This document shows positions 39,260 to 49,331 of a stretch of 64,000 nucleotides of DNA, one piece after another (positions within the stretch are counted from its first letter, which is position 1; every line of letters begins with the position of its first letter). The stretch spans positions 61,569-125,568 of the forward strand of contig DYDB01000003.1 of NCBI GenBank assembly GCA_020718085.1, written 5' to 3'. A program made the translations under genes and the position numbers. Source of the stretch: Micavibrio sp. GTDB lineage: Bacteria; Patescibacteriota; Minisyncoccia; Moranbacterales; GCA-2747515. Below the pieces are notes generated by a model that made no database searches, was not told the DNA's origin, and was given only the letters and a program-made list of their open reading frames with translations.

Positions 39260-39835
39260 TCATTCAACGATCACATAACCAGATTTGCTAGGATCGTCAC
39301 CTTTATCAATGTACAGATCATTTGTAGTAGTGCTCTCTTCTTCATCTTCTCCGTCCAAACACTCTTTTTTATCGATCTCTCCACCTTTTTTTACAATATT
39401 GTTATTGTGTGAAAGATCGATCATCACAAAATATTTTTTTGGAATTTTTCCTGTAAGGATCTCCGCAGAAAGGATCGACTCGCCTTGCTCTCCCGTCATC
39501 AATATTTTATTCAGTGTATATTTATCCAAACAATCCAACGGATCATCATCACAATCCCTGCACACGTCTGGTATTGTTTTATTGAGGATCTTTTCTAGAT
39601 TCTTATCAGAAGGGATCAATGAAAGATCTCCCGTAACTTCTAAGTGTTGACTTTTTGCTGCGACCTTTTCTTTCTCTGGTTCTGGTGAGATAAGTATTTC
39701 TCTTTTTTGGTATCCGTGTGTCATGTATGCAGCAGTGATCATAATCACAATGGCAACAAGCGACAATGTTCTGTAAAATCGCATCTCTCGCTGCTGTGTA
39801 TTATGGGTTTTCTTTTTTCTTTTTCTGTAGGACAT
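39260..39835 (-). CDS. Hypothetical membrane-anchored protein (191 aa)
   Basis: Basic N-terminus, one TM, acidic extracytoplasmic domain. Immediately upstream of the giant gene. Confidence 0.45.
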   Translation of the reverse strand: MSYRKRKKKTHNTQQREMRFYRTLSLVAIVIMITAAYMTHGYQKREILISPEPEKEKVAAKSQHLEVTGDLSLIPSDKNLEKILNKTIPDVCRDCDDDPLDCLDKYTLNKILMTGEQGESILSAEILTGKIPKKYFVMIDLSHNNNIVKKGGEIDKKECLDGEDEEESTTTNDLYIDKGDDPSKSGYVIVE

Positions 39836-39863
39836 ACATGTAACGGTTGTAATATAAATAAAA

Positions 39864-39913
39864 ACGGGTGAAAAGGTTCCTTGCGCTTGTAACGCAATGG
39901 TCTTTTCACCCGT
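39864..39913 (-). terminator. Intrinsic terminator (compound hairpin) after the 39963..40694 gene
   Basis: 11-bp stem cgggtgaaaag / cttttcacccg enclosing an inner hairpin ttgcg-cttgtaa-cgcaa. A T-run follows on the minus strand. Confidence 0.6.
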
Positions 39914-39962
39914 ATTTTACTTCAAGAAGATCTTTGAGCTTTTATATCAGCTGAAAGAAAGA

Positions 39963-40694
39963 CTAATTTGGAGAAGCGGCAACAGTCAAACGAAATGTTC
40001 CTGTTTCTGCATCAACCATATCAGCACCACAATCTACTACAAGGCCTAACTGACGTTGTTCTCCTGCAGGAATCGTAAATGCACCTGTTGTTGCTTGAGC
40101 AACTGACATTGCGCCAGCTACCACTTCCATCTTGATTGCTCCAAGAGGACCTGCGCCATTCAACCATTCTGTTAACGCTGCATAATTTGCAGGATTTGGC
40201 AATTCTGTTACTGCACCTCCTGTGCTATCAATACTTGATGTAACCAACATGATATCAGCTGTACCAGCTGTAAATGTATCAGCTACAGCAGGATTTCCGT
40301 TAAGATCAGCTTCAACAGTCAATGTTACATCCCAATCCTCTGCTGCAGTTGTGTTGTCAAGTTGAAGCACATCCGTATAATATGTACGATCACCTGCAAA
40401 ACAGGTAAACGAGATCTCTTCATGTGACAACTGTGTGTTTGCTGAGCCTGGAGTACCATCTCCAGAGTCATTGTTGGTGATTGTGTTGCCAATATTTACC
40501 GTAAGGTAATCTGTGGCGGCATCATCCGCACCGGCTACTTTTGCAATTGGAGGAGTGTCGACCACAACATCCCATTGCGTAAAGTTCTGTACCAAGATGG
40601 CACCGAGAACCGGAGCTCCAACAAATAGCATGAGTGCGAGAGCGATATACATCCCTCGTTTTTTGCCCATGCCGTTTTGTATTTGTTTTTGCAT
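39963..40694 (-). CDS. Secreted hypothetical protein, rich in Ala, Gly, Thr and Asp (243 aa)
   Basis: N-terminal signal/TM (MYIALALMLFVGAPVLGAIL). Composition and GC content are distinctly higher than in neighbouring genes. Possibly TasA/camelysin-like, but motifs are weak. Confidence 0.5.
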   Translation of the reverse strand: MQKQIQNGMGKKRGMYIALALMLFVGAPVLGAILVQNFTQWDVVVDTPPIAKVAGADDAATDYLTVNIGNTITNNDSGDGTPGSANTQLSHEEISFTCFAGDRTYYTDVLQLDNTTAAEDWDVTLTVEADLNGNPAVADTFTAGTADIMLVTSSIDSTGGAVTELPNPANYAALTEWLNGAGPLGAIKMEVVAGAMSVAQATTGAFTIPAGEQRQLGLVVDCGADMVDAETGTFRLTVAASPN

Positions 40695-41000
40695 ACGCTT
40701 TTGTGAGCATATTATTTAATTACGCGAAGAAATAAAAAAGCGAGTGAACTTTTTCATTCGTTGAAAATCCCCCCATATCACCCTAGAAAGAGTTTTATGA
40801 TTCGATTTTCTTCGAAGAAAAAGCCACCCGCTCTTTTGATCTTCTTATGTTCATTATACAGGAAATTTCTCATCGCGTCAAATATCCAAAACGAATTCTG
40901 ACCATCGACAAATTTATTCCAATATGTTACGATGAATAAAGGAAAAAATGGCACATTGCCTTATTATTATTTTGAAACGAACCGTTTAAATTCACAACTT

Positions 41001-41663
41001 ATGCACATCACATACCATGGACTTTCTTGTTTTAAATTGATCGCAAAGACCGCCGGACGCGGCAGTGAAGATGTCACGATTGTTTTTGCACCATACGACA
41101 AAACTCTCGGGCTTCGCCCACCACAAGGGAATGCGGATATTGTCCTTGTTCCTCATCACGATCCTATGTTCAATAACTCCGACGCACTTCGTGGAAATCC
41201 TCTCATTATTGATCGACCCGGTGAATTTGCTGTCAAAGGCGTGAACATCGTTGGTAAAGATGCACCTGCAGATATGCGCGGAGGTGAAACACGTGGAAAT
41301 ACCGTTATTTTTGCGCTTGATGTGGAAGACTTGCGCATTGCCTACCTTGGCGCACTTGGCACCGATCTCATTCCTTCTGTATTGGACATGGTTGCAGGTG
41401 CTGATATTCTTTTGCTTCCAGTCGGAGATAAAGAGGGTATCGACGGAAAAACAGCAGAGGTACTTGCTCGCAAAATTGAACCAAAGATCATTATTCCCAT
41501 GCAATATCACGTCAAAGGTCTCAAATCCACCATTCTTCACGATGAACAAGACTTTTGTTCTCATATTGGCAATTGTCCGCGCACCAAAGAAGATAAATTG
41601 ATCGTCAAAAAGGCGGACTTGGAAAACAAAGCGATGGAAGTTGTTTTGTTGCAAGTAGTATAA
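41001..41663 (+). CDS. MBL-fold metal-dependent hydrolase
   Basis: MHITYHGLSCFKL...DIVLVPHHDPMFN metal-binding His cluster, typical of the UPF0173/YtkL-like MBL family. The ORF begins at 40932, but MHITYHG is the likely start. Confidence 0.6.
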   Translation: MHITYHGLSCFKLIAKTAGRGSEDVTIVFAPYDKTLGLRPPQGNADIVLVPHHDPMFNNSDALRGNPLIIDRPGEFAVKGVNIVGKDAPADMRGGETRGNTVIFALDVEDLRIAYLGALGTDLIPSVLDMVAGADILLLPVGDKEGIDGKTAEVLARKIEPKIIIPMQYHVKGLKSTILHDEQDFCSHIGNCPRTKEDKLIVKKADLENKAMEVVLLQVV

Positions 41664-41679
41664 AAATTAAAACATAGCA

Positions 41680-41967
41680 ATGTTCGACAAAATCGAAAAA
41701 AAAGTACATGACATTCGTCGTGAACCGGAACATATTCGTATGCGTTATATGTGGGGTGCATTGGCGCTTTCTATGTCATTGATCATTTTCATCTGGATCA
41801 TGAGCATGAAAACTAGTTTTTTACAAATTCAGAATGATCCAGACATGCATCAGTCTCTTGATACACTGCAAGAACAGATCGACACAATAAAAGTTCCCGC
41901 TCAAGAAGAACCTGTTTCAATTGATGATCTTTTAGAAAATCCGACGAAAACGCAACCTGAACTGTAA
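41680..41967 (+). CDS. Small membrane protein (95 aa)
   Basis: One TM helix (WGALALSMSLIIFIWIM). Followed by a terminator hairpin. Confidence 0.45.
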   Translation: MFDKIEKKVHDIRREPEHIRMRYMWGALALSMSLIIFIWIMSMKTSFLQIQNDPDMHQSLDTLQEQIDTIKVPAQEEPVSIDDLLENPTKTQPEL

Positions 41968-41973
41968 ATCTTA

Positions 41974-41992
41974 CCACCCTTTTTGAAAAAGG
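41974..41992 (+). terminator. Intrinsic terminator
   Basis: accctttttgaaaaagggt hairpin followed by ttt. Confidence 0.5.
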
Positions 41993-42133
41993 GTTTTCCC
42001 ACACGTTCTGATAATATCTTTATTATAAGAATGTGTGGGAAACAAAAAAACACAAAAAACAAAGGGAAAATGTTTTTTGTGTTTTCGCGTTCGATAAGTA
42101 CAATAAAACACAGGGTTATAATATTCATAATTA

Positions 42134-44602
42134 ATGATTCCTATGATAAAAACACTGCCTCAGAAGCCAAATTTACAACAAATTACACCTCAACCTATTG
42201 TAGAAGAAATGCAAAAGTCCTATTTGGAATATGCTATGAGCGTGATTATCGCCCGTGCACTTCCTGATGTGCGCGATGGTCTTAAACCGGTACATCGCCG
42301 TATTTTATACTCCATGTGGAAATCTGGCCTCAAGCCAAGTGCAAAGTTCCGCAAAAGTGCAACTGTGGTTGGTGAAGTTCTTGGTAAATATCATCCGCAC
42401 GGTGATACTGCCGTTTACGACACAATGGTACGCTTGGCGCAGGATTTTTCCCTTCGTTATCCACTTATCTGGGGTCAGGGTAACTTTGGCTCTATGGATG
42501 GAGACAGTGCTGCTGCATATCGCTATACAGAAGCTAAACTTATGCCAATTGCAGAAGAAATGCTTTTTGATATTGAAAAAAATACTGTCAACTTTCGCCC
42601 AAACTTTGACGGCGTGCATCAAGAGCCTACAGTGCTTCCTGCAAAGTTGCCGCAACTTCTCTTGAACGGTACGATGGGTATTGCTGTCGGTATGGCAACG
42701 AACATTCCCCCACATAACCTGCGCGAACTCACTGGCGCAATCACACATCTCATTGATCAACCAAAGGCAGATGTTGACGACCTCATGCAATTTGTCACAG
42801 GTCCAGATTTTCCAACCGGCGGCATGATCTACAATCAAAAAGACATCCGCGAAGCCTATGCAACAGGTCATGGAAAGATCACAATGCGTGCAAAAGTTGA
42901 CATTGTCGAAAGTAAAAATGGACAATTTTCTATCATCGTAACGGAAATAACATATCTTACAAACAAATCCACATTGATCGAGAAAATTGCTTCCCTCGTT
43001 AAAGACAAAAAGCTCATTGGCATAAAAGCACTGCGAGATGAGTCTTCAAATAAAGACGGTGTACGCATTGTGATGGATCTCAAAAAAGATGCTTACCCAC
43101 AAAAGGTGCTCAACAGACTTTATACACTGACAGACTTGCAAAAGAACTTCAACGTCAACATGCTTGCTCTCGTTGATGGGATTGAGCCACGCATTCTCAA
43201 CCTTAAAGAGATCTTGGAATATTACATCTTGCACCGTCGCGAAGTCGTCATTCGTCGCACACAATATGATCTTGATAAAGCCCGCGATCGCGCGCACATT
43301 CTTGAAGGTTTGTCCAAAGCGTTGGATCATATTGACGAAGTAATTAATACCATCAGAAAATCACAAACCAAAGAAACGGCACATGAGAACTTGCGCAAAA
43401 AATTCAAATTCTCCGATCTTCAAGCAACTGCAATTTTGGAGATGCGTCTTCAAACACTTGCTGGATTGGAACGTAAAAAAATTGATGATGAACTTAAGGA
43501 AAAATTGCGTCTTATCAAACAGTTGGAAGCAATCCTAAAAAGCGATAAGTTGCAAAAGCAAATCGTCAAAGATGAACTGCTTGCACTTACGGAAAAATTC
43601 GGAGATGCTCGTAAAACCAAAGTTTTTAAGTCTGCTGTCGGTGAATTTAAACAAGAAGACTTGGTGCCAAACGAGGAGGCGATCATTACAATTACCACGG
43701 ATGGTTATGTCAAACGCATGAATCCTATCGTCTATCGCGTGCAAAAACGTGGTGGCAAAGGAGTGATCGGTGCAACGACAAAAGAAGATACGAGTGTTGC
43801 ACATATGCTTTCTGTGATGACACATGATAACCTCTTCTTTTTTACTAACACAGGAAAGGTATATCAAACGAAAGCATACGAGATCCCTGAATCAGCACGT
43901 ACAGCAAAAGGCAATGCGATCGTAAATTTCCTCCAGCTTGCACAAAATGAAGAAGTGACAGAAATTATTCCATTCAATAGTGATGATCAATATAAATTTC
44001 TCTTCATGGCAACAAGTTACGGGGTTGTAAAAAAAGTAAAGATCAAAGATTTTGATAACGTTCGTCGTTCAGGACTGATCGCGATCAACCTTGAAGCTGG
44101 GGACAAACTTCACTGGGTCAAACCAACTACCGGCACAGACAACATCATTCTTTCCACAGCTCTAGGTCAAGCTGTCCACTTCCGAGAAAACAATGTTCGC
44201 GCAATGGGTCGCAATGCATCTGGTGTACGTGGCATCAAACTCAAAAAAGATGACTATGTGGTTGGCATGGATGTTATGTTCGCCAAACAAAAAGGTGCAG
44301 AATTATTTATCCTTACTGCAAACGGCTTTGGAAAAAAGACAAAGATCTCTCAGTACAAGATCCAGCGTCGTGGTGGTTCAGGTATCAAAACTGCCAAGGT
44401 CACACCAAAAACAGGATCGATCGTTAGCGCATATGTTGTAAGTGCAGACGATACAGACAGTGATGTGATCATCACAAGTGCCAACGGACAGATCATCCGC
44501 ACACCACTCAAACACATCTCCACACTTTCTCGTGCCACGCAAGGTGTGCGCATCATGAAGCCAAGAGCAGGCGACACAATCGCTGCTGCAACGATCTTAT
44601 AA
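42134..44602 (+). CDS. gyrA: DNA gyrase subunit A
   Basis: [26 protein letters not shown]; active-site Tyr in [10 protein letters not shown]; C-terminal beta-pinwheel repeats. 822 aa. Confidence 0.95.
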   Translation: MIPMIKTLPQKPNLQQITPQPIVEEMQKSYLEYAMSVIIARALPDVRDGLKPVHRRILYSMWKSGLKPSAKFRKSATVVGEVLGKYHPHGDTAVYDTMVRLAQDFSLRYPLIWGQGNFGSMDGDSAAAYRYTEAKLMPIAEEMLFDIEKNTVNFRPNFDGVHQEPTVLPAKLPQLLLNGTMGIAVGMATNIPPHNLRELTGAITHLIDQPKADVDDLMQFVTGPDFPTGGMIYNQKDIREAYATGHGKITMRAKVDIVESKNGQFSIIVTEITYLTNKSTLIEKIASLVKDKKLIGIKALRDESSNKDGVRIVMDLKKDAYPQKVLNRLYTLTDLQKNFNVNMLALVDGIEPRILNLKEILEYYILHRREVVIRRTQYDLDKARDRAHILEGLSKALDHIDEVINTIRKSQTKETAHENLRKKFKFSDLQATAILEMRLQTLAGLERKKIDDELKEKLRLIKQLEAILKSDKLQKQIVKDELLALTEKFGDARKTKVFKSAVGEFKQEDLVPNEEAIITITTDGYVKRMNPIVYRVQKRGGKGVIGATTKEDTSVAHMLSVMTHDNLFFFTNTGKVYQTKAYEIPESARTAKGNAIVNFLQLAQNEEVTEIIPFNSDDQYKFLFMATSYGVVKKVKIKDFDNVRRSGLIAINLEAGDKLHWVKPTTGTDNIILSTALGQAVHFRENNVRAMGRNASGVRGIKLKKDDYVVGMDVMFAKQKGAELFILTANGFGKKTKISQYKIQRRGGSGIKTAKVTPKTGSIVSAYVVSADDTDSDVIITSANGQIIRTPLKHISTLSRATQGVRIMKPRAGDTIAAATIL

Positions 44603-44610
44603 AAACTCAC

Positions 44611-44639
44611 AAAAACAGCTCTTTTTAAGAGCTGTTTTT
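44611..44639 (+). terminator. Bidirectional intrinsic terminator after gyrA
   Basis: aaaaacagctc-ttttta-agagctgttttt. Confidence 0.7.
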
Positions 44640-44656
44640 GTAATTGTGCACCACAT

Positions 44657-45061
44657 TCACATCATAAAAACATAGAGGAAACTTGCGATCCCCGTCACAG
44701 CAAGTTCAAGAAGCGGACTAATCCCAATTCCCTGCACGAGCGGCATGTGTAAGGAATATTTCCAACGACCCATTTTTAATGATATTTTTTCATCCAAAAA
44801 AGAAAATAGTAGTGATAAAAAAACAAAAAATATCAATTGAACAGGATTCTCTAAAATATGTATGCTTTTGAAAATCCAGACACTTATAAGAAAAAAGAGT
44901 GTTACAAAAAAACCATCTTTCAGAGATGCAAAAATAATCAATGAAATAAATCTTTTGAGTGGAGCAATCAAACATGTAATATAAAGTTGACTGTGAACAA
45001 CCTCCCATAATAAATTAATGAGAAAAGATATAAAAAATATTTCAATTAAATAATATAGCAT
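44657..45061 (-). CDS. Hypothetical polytopic membrane protein (134 aa)
   Basis: Very hydrophobic ORF with 4 TM helices. AT-rich, low confidence. Confidence 0.35.
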   Translation of the reverse strand: MLYYLIEIFFISFLINLLWEVVHSQLYITCLIAPLKRFISLIIFASLKDGFFVTLFFLISVWIFKSIHILENPVQLIFFVFLSLLFSFLDEKISLKMGRWKYSLHMPLVQGIGISPLLELAVTGIASFLYVFMM

Positions 45062-45172
45062 ATTAAGATCATATTTATATTTTTCATAATATCACATTAT
45101 AAAAAATAATTCTTAATCAAAAAACAACTTGGCAAACCAAGTTGTTTTTTGCTTTTCAGACTCTATCGTTAA

Positions 45173-45388
45173 TTATAGAAGTCCCATCAAATTGAAGAGT
45201 GTCATGGTCATTGCAGGCACAAGTGCAAGCAATACTGCGAACTCCGCATCATTGGATTTTCGGTGCAATCGGAAGCTTTTGATTTCTTCAGCTGGTGCTT
45301 CCACTGACACTTCCGGTGCGGGAGTTATTTCCTCTTGATTTCCGCCACATGAACATCCACATGTTGCGCATTTTTTAATTTCCGTCAT
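45173..45388 (-). CDS. Cys-rich tail-anchored small protein (71 aa)
   Basis: N-terminus MTEIKKCATCGCSCGGNQEE (5 Cys in 9 residues), acidic linker, C-terminal TM helix AVLLALVPAMTMTLFNLMGLL. A terminator follows at 45129-45160. Confidence 0.55.
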   Translation of the reverse strand: MTEIKKCATCGCSCGGNQEEITPAPEVSVEAPAEEIKSFRLHRKSNDAEFAVLLALVPAMTMTLFNLMGLL

Positions 45389-45490
45389 ATTTTTATTTTA
45401 TGATTTATTTTTATTTTTATGATGCAATATATTGCATGTCACCTTAGCGCCGAGAATCGTTTTTTCTCAATCGACCTTTAAAAAAGAAAA

Positions 45491-45524
45491 ACCGGGTGAC
45501 ATTTGGTCGTGATGACCACCCGGC
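45491..45524 (-). promoter_or_regulatory. Terminator-like hairpin plus U-run inside the 5' leader of the Cys-rich small gene (attenuator or sRNA 3' end)
   Basis: Minus strand reads GCCGGGUGGUCAUCACGACCAAAUGUCACCCGGU followed by UUUUUCUUUUUU, about 100 nt upstream of the ATG at 45388. A perfect palindrome atgcaatatattgcat (45422-45437) lies between the hairpin and the start. Confidence 0.5.
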
Positions 45525-45708
45525 TTCATTCATCATGTATATATTATAGCAAAAAAAATCGGCTCTGTCAATTCTGCACATGAAAATGTTTTTTCACAAT
45601 TGATAATCTTTCTGATCACGAATATAATATATCCGATAAATTATAAATTTTATTCTTATTGAAAACATAACTTGTGTTATTGCGTAATACTTGTACTATA
45701 AATAGCAT

Positions 45709-46875
45709 ATGGAAAGAAGATTTTATCAGAAAAAAAGATTTTATGTTTTTTGTGCGATCCTTACGATAATCGGCACAATAGGTTTTATGATGCCTAGATT
45801 CATAGCAAAAAACGAGCAAATTCCCACATTTGCAATTCCACCTCATGTACAACACATCGGTGATCCCATTGCCGACGTGCCTCAAAAAGTATGGCCTGTT
45901 CCAAACATCAATAGGATGAAGACGCATGGCTGCGTCGCTGACGGCTTACTTAGCGGATATAACCGTACAAGCAAAGATGTCAAAGTTGCTGCAGAAAGCG
46001 ATTGTTATTTTTTTTCTCGCGCAATTGAAACATGGCTTGACGCACCGGATTTTCATCAAGCACAAGAGATCATCGATGAAATAGGCCGAGATGATGTGCA
46101 GTATGGCATGTTCATCGCCGAAGCGATCAATAAAAAGGAAAATTATATTTATTATGATGAGTCACGTCGATTTGATTTTGACAAAATGTGCAAGAACGGC
46201 TCAAAAAATTTTTGGGGTGAGCACACATGCAAACCATCTTTGGGCGAACAAGAATACCGTGCATATGTTCGCCAAATTACGCGTGAAGCAATGGACATGG
46301 GCATACAAGTATTCCTTTTCGGACAAATTTACCACCAAGAGGAGGATATGGACGAGCCCTATGCACCTACTATGCTTGCAGAGATGCGCGAATATGCACG
46401 CAGTAAAAATATGCATATCATCATTGGTGCACAAACCAACGATATTCAGGATGAGGAATACCTTCAATTATTTGATTTTATTGAGGGCGGCATCGGATTA
46501 CATGCTGATGGAACCGTGGAGGATAACGCTTGTTTTTCTCGTTGGCATGATGGAGAGAATGGATGGTGTTGGGCATTATTGTGGAATGAACCATTTAAAT
46601 CAAAAGCAAAAGATGTTTTTGTCCATTTAGATTGGAGCGGCATAGTTGGTGATGACATGAGCACATTTACACGTATGAGCACTGAATTGCGACATCAAAC
46701 ATTGGCAGATCTTCATAAGAAATTCACATCACAAAATGTTGGTTTTCTCATGCCGATCATTGCACCGCTTGCCAAAGATAATGGAGGCTGTCATGGTCCG
46801 CGCAAAAGCTTCTATTCGCCAAGTATGAAATACGGATGCCCGGATTTAGATGCAATCAATGATATTCTCAAATAG
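45709..46875 (+). CDS. Hypothetical membrane-anchored extracytoplasmic protein, Cys- and Trp-rich (388 aa)
   Basis: N-terminal TM (FYVFCAILTIIGTIGFMM). 10+ Cys in the soluble domain. No family recognised. Confidence 0.5.
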   Translation: MERRFYQKKRFYVFCAILTIIGTIGFMMPRFIAKNEQIPTFAIPPHVQHIGDPIADVPQKVWPVPNINRMKTHGCVADGLLSGYNRTSKDVKVAAESDCYFFSRAIETWLDAPDFHQAQEIIDEIGRDDVQYGMFIAEAINKKENYIYYDESRRFDFDKMCKNGSKNFWGEHTCKPSLGEQEYRAYVRQITREAMDMGIQVFLFGQIYHQEEDMDEPYAPTMLAEMREYARSKNMHIIIGAQTNDIQDEEYLQLFDFIEGGIGLHADGTVEDNACFSRWHDGENGWCWALLWNEPFKSKAKDVFVHLDWSGIVGDDMSTFTRMSTELRHQTLADLHKKFTSQNVGFLMPIIAPLAKDNGGCHGPRKSFYSPSMKYGCPDLDAINDILK

Positions 46876-46890
46876 GATAAGCTATATTTT

Positions 46891-46920
46891 AAAAAAGCAT
46901 GCGTCAAAGCATGCTTTTTT
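46891..46920. terminator. Bidirectional terminator between convergent genes
   Basis: aaaaaagcatgc-gtcaaa-gcatgctttttt. Confidence 0.7.
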
Positions 46921-46938
46921 AAAGATATATAAAGATTT

Positions 46939-48129
46939 TTAATAGATATATCCACGAATTACACGTGCATTTTGACTAAGTGTGCGCGTATTCACCACAC
47001 CCCACCCCTTATAGTTCATTTCTGAAATTGTAATAGTTCCATCGCCCACTGATTCCACATATGCCACATGTCCGTAGCGCGCATCTTCCGTTGTTACAAC
47101 AATTGCCCCAGCTTGTGGTTTTTTGCCCGTCGCCATCCCTGCCGCCTTGGCATTATACAACCATGCACCGGCATTACCGCGCCACGTTACTGTACGTTTA
47201 TTTGCTACATAGTATGTACAATATCCGTATGGAAAACTGTTGCCCGATCTACGAGTTTTTGCATTGTTTTTAACAATCGAACTGCCAAGATTTGTGCTTC
47301 CACTGCCTGTCGCCACATATTCACGCGGTGCAAAGAGCGGATCCGGCTCTGGTCTCGGAATATCCTTTTGTGCACCAGGAATGAAAATCTCCTCATCTAC
47401 GGCCAATTCACCATTTGCCGGCAATGTATTGTATGCAATAATCTCTTTTTCATCAACTTTATATTCCTTTGCAATTTTTTCAATTGTATCGCCAGATTTG
47501 ACTTTGTGTTTTACACCAGATTCCGGCAAAACGAAGATCGTATCGCCAGGTTTAATATCATCCACATCCTCAATTTCATTGGCAAAGAAAAGTGTTGCTG
47601 TTGTAATGCCGTGTTTTTGAGCAATTGTGCTAAGCGTATCACCCATTTGCACAGTATAAAGGATCACATCACCTTCGCTGTCAGGATCACTTGCACCTTC
47701 ACGACGCGGCGGAATGATCGCTGCATCACCCAAAAGTTCTTCCTGCGCATCAGCTAGAACATTCAATTGTGTTTGCTTACTTACAGCCTCCTTATCTTCA
47801 GATGAAGTTACGTTTGTTTGCACATCACTCACCATACCCCCATCCAAAACAATACTATCATCATCCTTATACACCATCGCACGTTGCACCTTTTTATTAC
47901 TCCAATGCCCCACCAAGAAAGAATCATCATGACTCTTTTTTGCAGAGATATTACCAAATATGATCAATGTTGCGATAATAGCGAGCATTGTCAAACTTCC
48001 ATTTTGTCTGATAAATCTCCCAACACCAAAATATGATCGCCTGCGAAAAGCCATCACCGTTGAACGTTCGATCACATAAAAATATTGTTGGATTTTTTTT
48101 AATACTTTGAGTATTTGTCGCAGTATCAT
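46939..48129 (-). CDS. Peptidoglycan hydrolase with two LysM domains and a C-terminal CHAP domain
   Basis: LysM motifs YTVQMGDTLSTIAQKHGITTATL and HKVKSGDTIEKIAKEYKVDEKEIIAYN. The CHAP domain has Cys in GYCTYYVANKR and His in GHVAYVESV. True start is possibly MAFRRR (~48054). Confidence 0.75.
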   Translation of the reverse strand: MILRQILKVLKKIQQYFYVIERSTVMAFRRRSYFGVGRFIRQNGSLTMLAIIATLIIFGNISAKKSHDDSFLVGHWSNKKVQRAMVYKDDDSIVLDGGMVSDVQTNVTSSEDKEAVSKQTQLNVLADAQEELLGDAAIIPPRREGASDPDSEGDVILYTVQMGDTLSTIAQKHGITTATLFFANEIEDVDDIKPGDTIFVLPESGVKHKVKSGDTIEKIAKEYKVDEKEIIAYNTLPANGELAVDEEIFIPGAQKDIPRPEPDPLFAPREYVATGSGSTNLGSSIVKNNAKTRRSGNSFPYGYCTYYVANKRTVTWRGNAGAWLYNAKAAGMATGKKPQAGAIVVTTEDARYGHVAYVESVGDGTITISEMNYKGWGVVNTRTLSQNARVIRGYIY

Positions 48130-48375
48130 TTTTAAGCGTTTAATACGCAGTAGTTCCTTGTATACAACTTACCATGTAAGATACACGACTTTTCGTCTAT
48201 ATCATCGATGGAAGTCTTACTTTTTAGGCTTATTACATTATAGGGATTTTTTTCATTTTGTCAAAGGAAAGTTCCTTCTTTATTCCCTTTTGACATTATA
48301 ACATTTTTAAAAAACAATGTATGAAACTTATGTTATAATGTACCTGTCATAAACACTTTTTAGCTCTCTATTATT

Positions 48376-49317
48376 ATGAAAAAAGATTTGTATGATCTCC
48401 TCTTGGATTATTTGGAATACTTGGAAGTAGAGTTGAATCGTAGCCAAAAGACAATTGAAAATTACAATCACTACTTGCAAAGATTTATTGAATTTATCGA
48501 CGATGTCTACGATGTAACGTCTCCCGAAAAGATCACATTGAACATGGTGCGCAAATATCGTGTTCACTTACACCGATTTGAAACAGACAGCGGAAAGACA
48601 TTTCAAACATCCACGCTCAATTATCATGTTATTGCATTGCGAAATTTTCTCAAATATCTTGCAAAACAAGACATTTCTACACTTGCCCCGGAAAAAATCG
48701 AAGTTGGAAAAAATCCTGACAGACAAGTGGAATTTCTCGAGCCTGAGGAAATTGAACGACTACTGCACGCGGCAAATGGTCCGGATCTAGCCTCCCAACG
48801 TGATCGTGCGCTTTTGGAGCTGCTCTTTTCTGCAGGATTGCGTGTATCAGAACTTATATCACTTGATCGCGAAGATATCAATTTGGAAAGACAAGAATTT
48901 AGCGTACGCGGCAAAGGTAATAAGTTACGTGTTGTATTTATCTCCGACACAGCAAAAAAAACTTTGCAAAATTATCTATCGAAAAGACGTGATATTGATC
49001 CTGCATTATTTGTACGCGTCCGCACCGGTACACACAAAGATGCAGATGCTGAGGGGTTAAGACTCACTCCGCGCAGCGCACAACGCATTGTCAAAAAATA
49101 TGCGCTTAAAGCCGGTATTGTCAAAGATGTACACCCACATACACTACGGCACACCTTCGCCACAGATCTTTTACAAAATGGAGCGGATATTCGCAGTGTT
49201 CAAGCCATGCTAGGTCATGCCAACATCACCACGACACAAATATACACCCATGTCACAAATCAAAATCTCAAAGGAATACATGATCGTTTTCATGGAAAGA
49301 AGAAGGCGAAGACATAG
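48376..49317 (+). CDS. Tyrosine site-specific recombinase, XerC/XerD family
   Basis: N-terminal core-binding domain. Catalytic motifs LRHTFATDLL...GHANITTTQIYTHV (R..H..R..Y). Confidence 0.85.
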   Translation: MKKDLYDLLLDYLEYLEVELNRSQKTIENYNHYLQRFIEFIDDVYDVTSPEKITLNMVRKYRVHLHRFETDSGKTFQTSTLNYHVIALRNFLKYLAKQDISTLAPEKIEVGKNPDRQVEFLEPEEIERLLHAANGPDLASQRDRALLELLFSAGLRVSELISLDREDINLERQEFSVRGKGNKLRVVFISDTAKKTLQNYLSKRRDIDPALFVRVRTGTHKDADAEGLRLTPRSAQRIVKKYALKAGIVKDVHPHTLRHTFATDLLQNGADIRSVQAMLGHANITTTQIYTHVTNQNLKGIHDRFHGKKKAKT

Positions 49318-49331
49318 CTATGTCTTCGCCT
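49304..49331. terminator. Perfect 28-bp palindrome overlapping the xer stop codon
   Basis: aggcgaagacatag | ctatgtcttcgcct. Confidence 0.5.

Noticed and set aside
40695-40931. Chromosomal replication origin at the minus-to-plus strand switch next to gyrA
   Set aside because: The region has no TTATNCACA boxes and no extended AT-rich DUE, and strand orientation after gyrA is mixed rather than cleanly plus.
41983-42267. 94-aa ORF overlapping the gyrA leader and start
   Set aside because: It spans two hairpins and the gyrA start and is Lys/Asn-rich with low complexity. gyrA is unambiguous.
45616-45927. 103-aa minus-strand ORF overlapping the start of the 45709..46875 gene
   Set aside because: It sits in the AT-rich divergent promoter region, overlaps a better ORF, and the terminator hairpin at 45491-45524 lies downstream of it in a position more consistent with a leader or sRNA than with this ORF.
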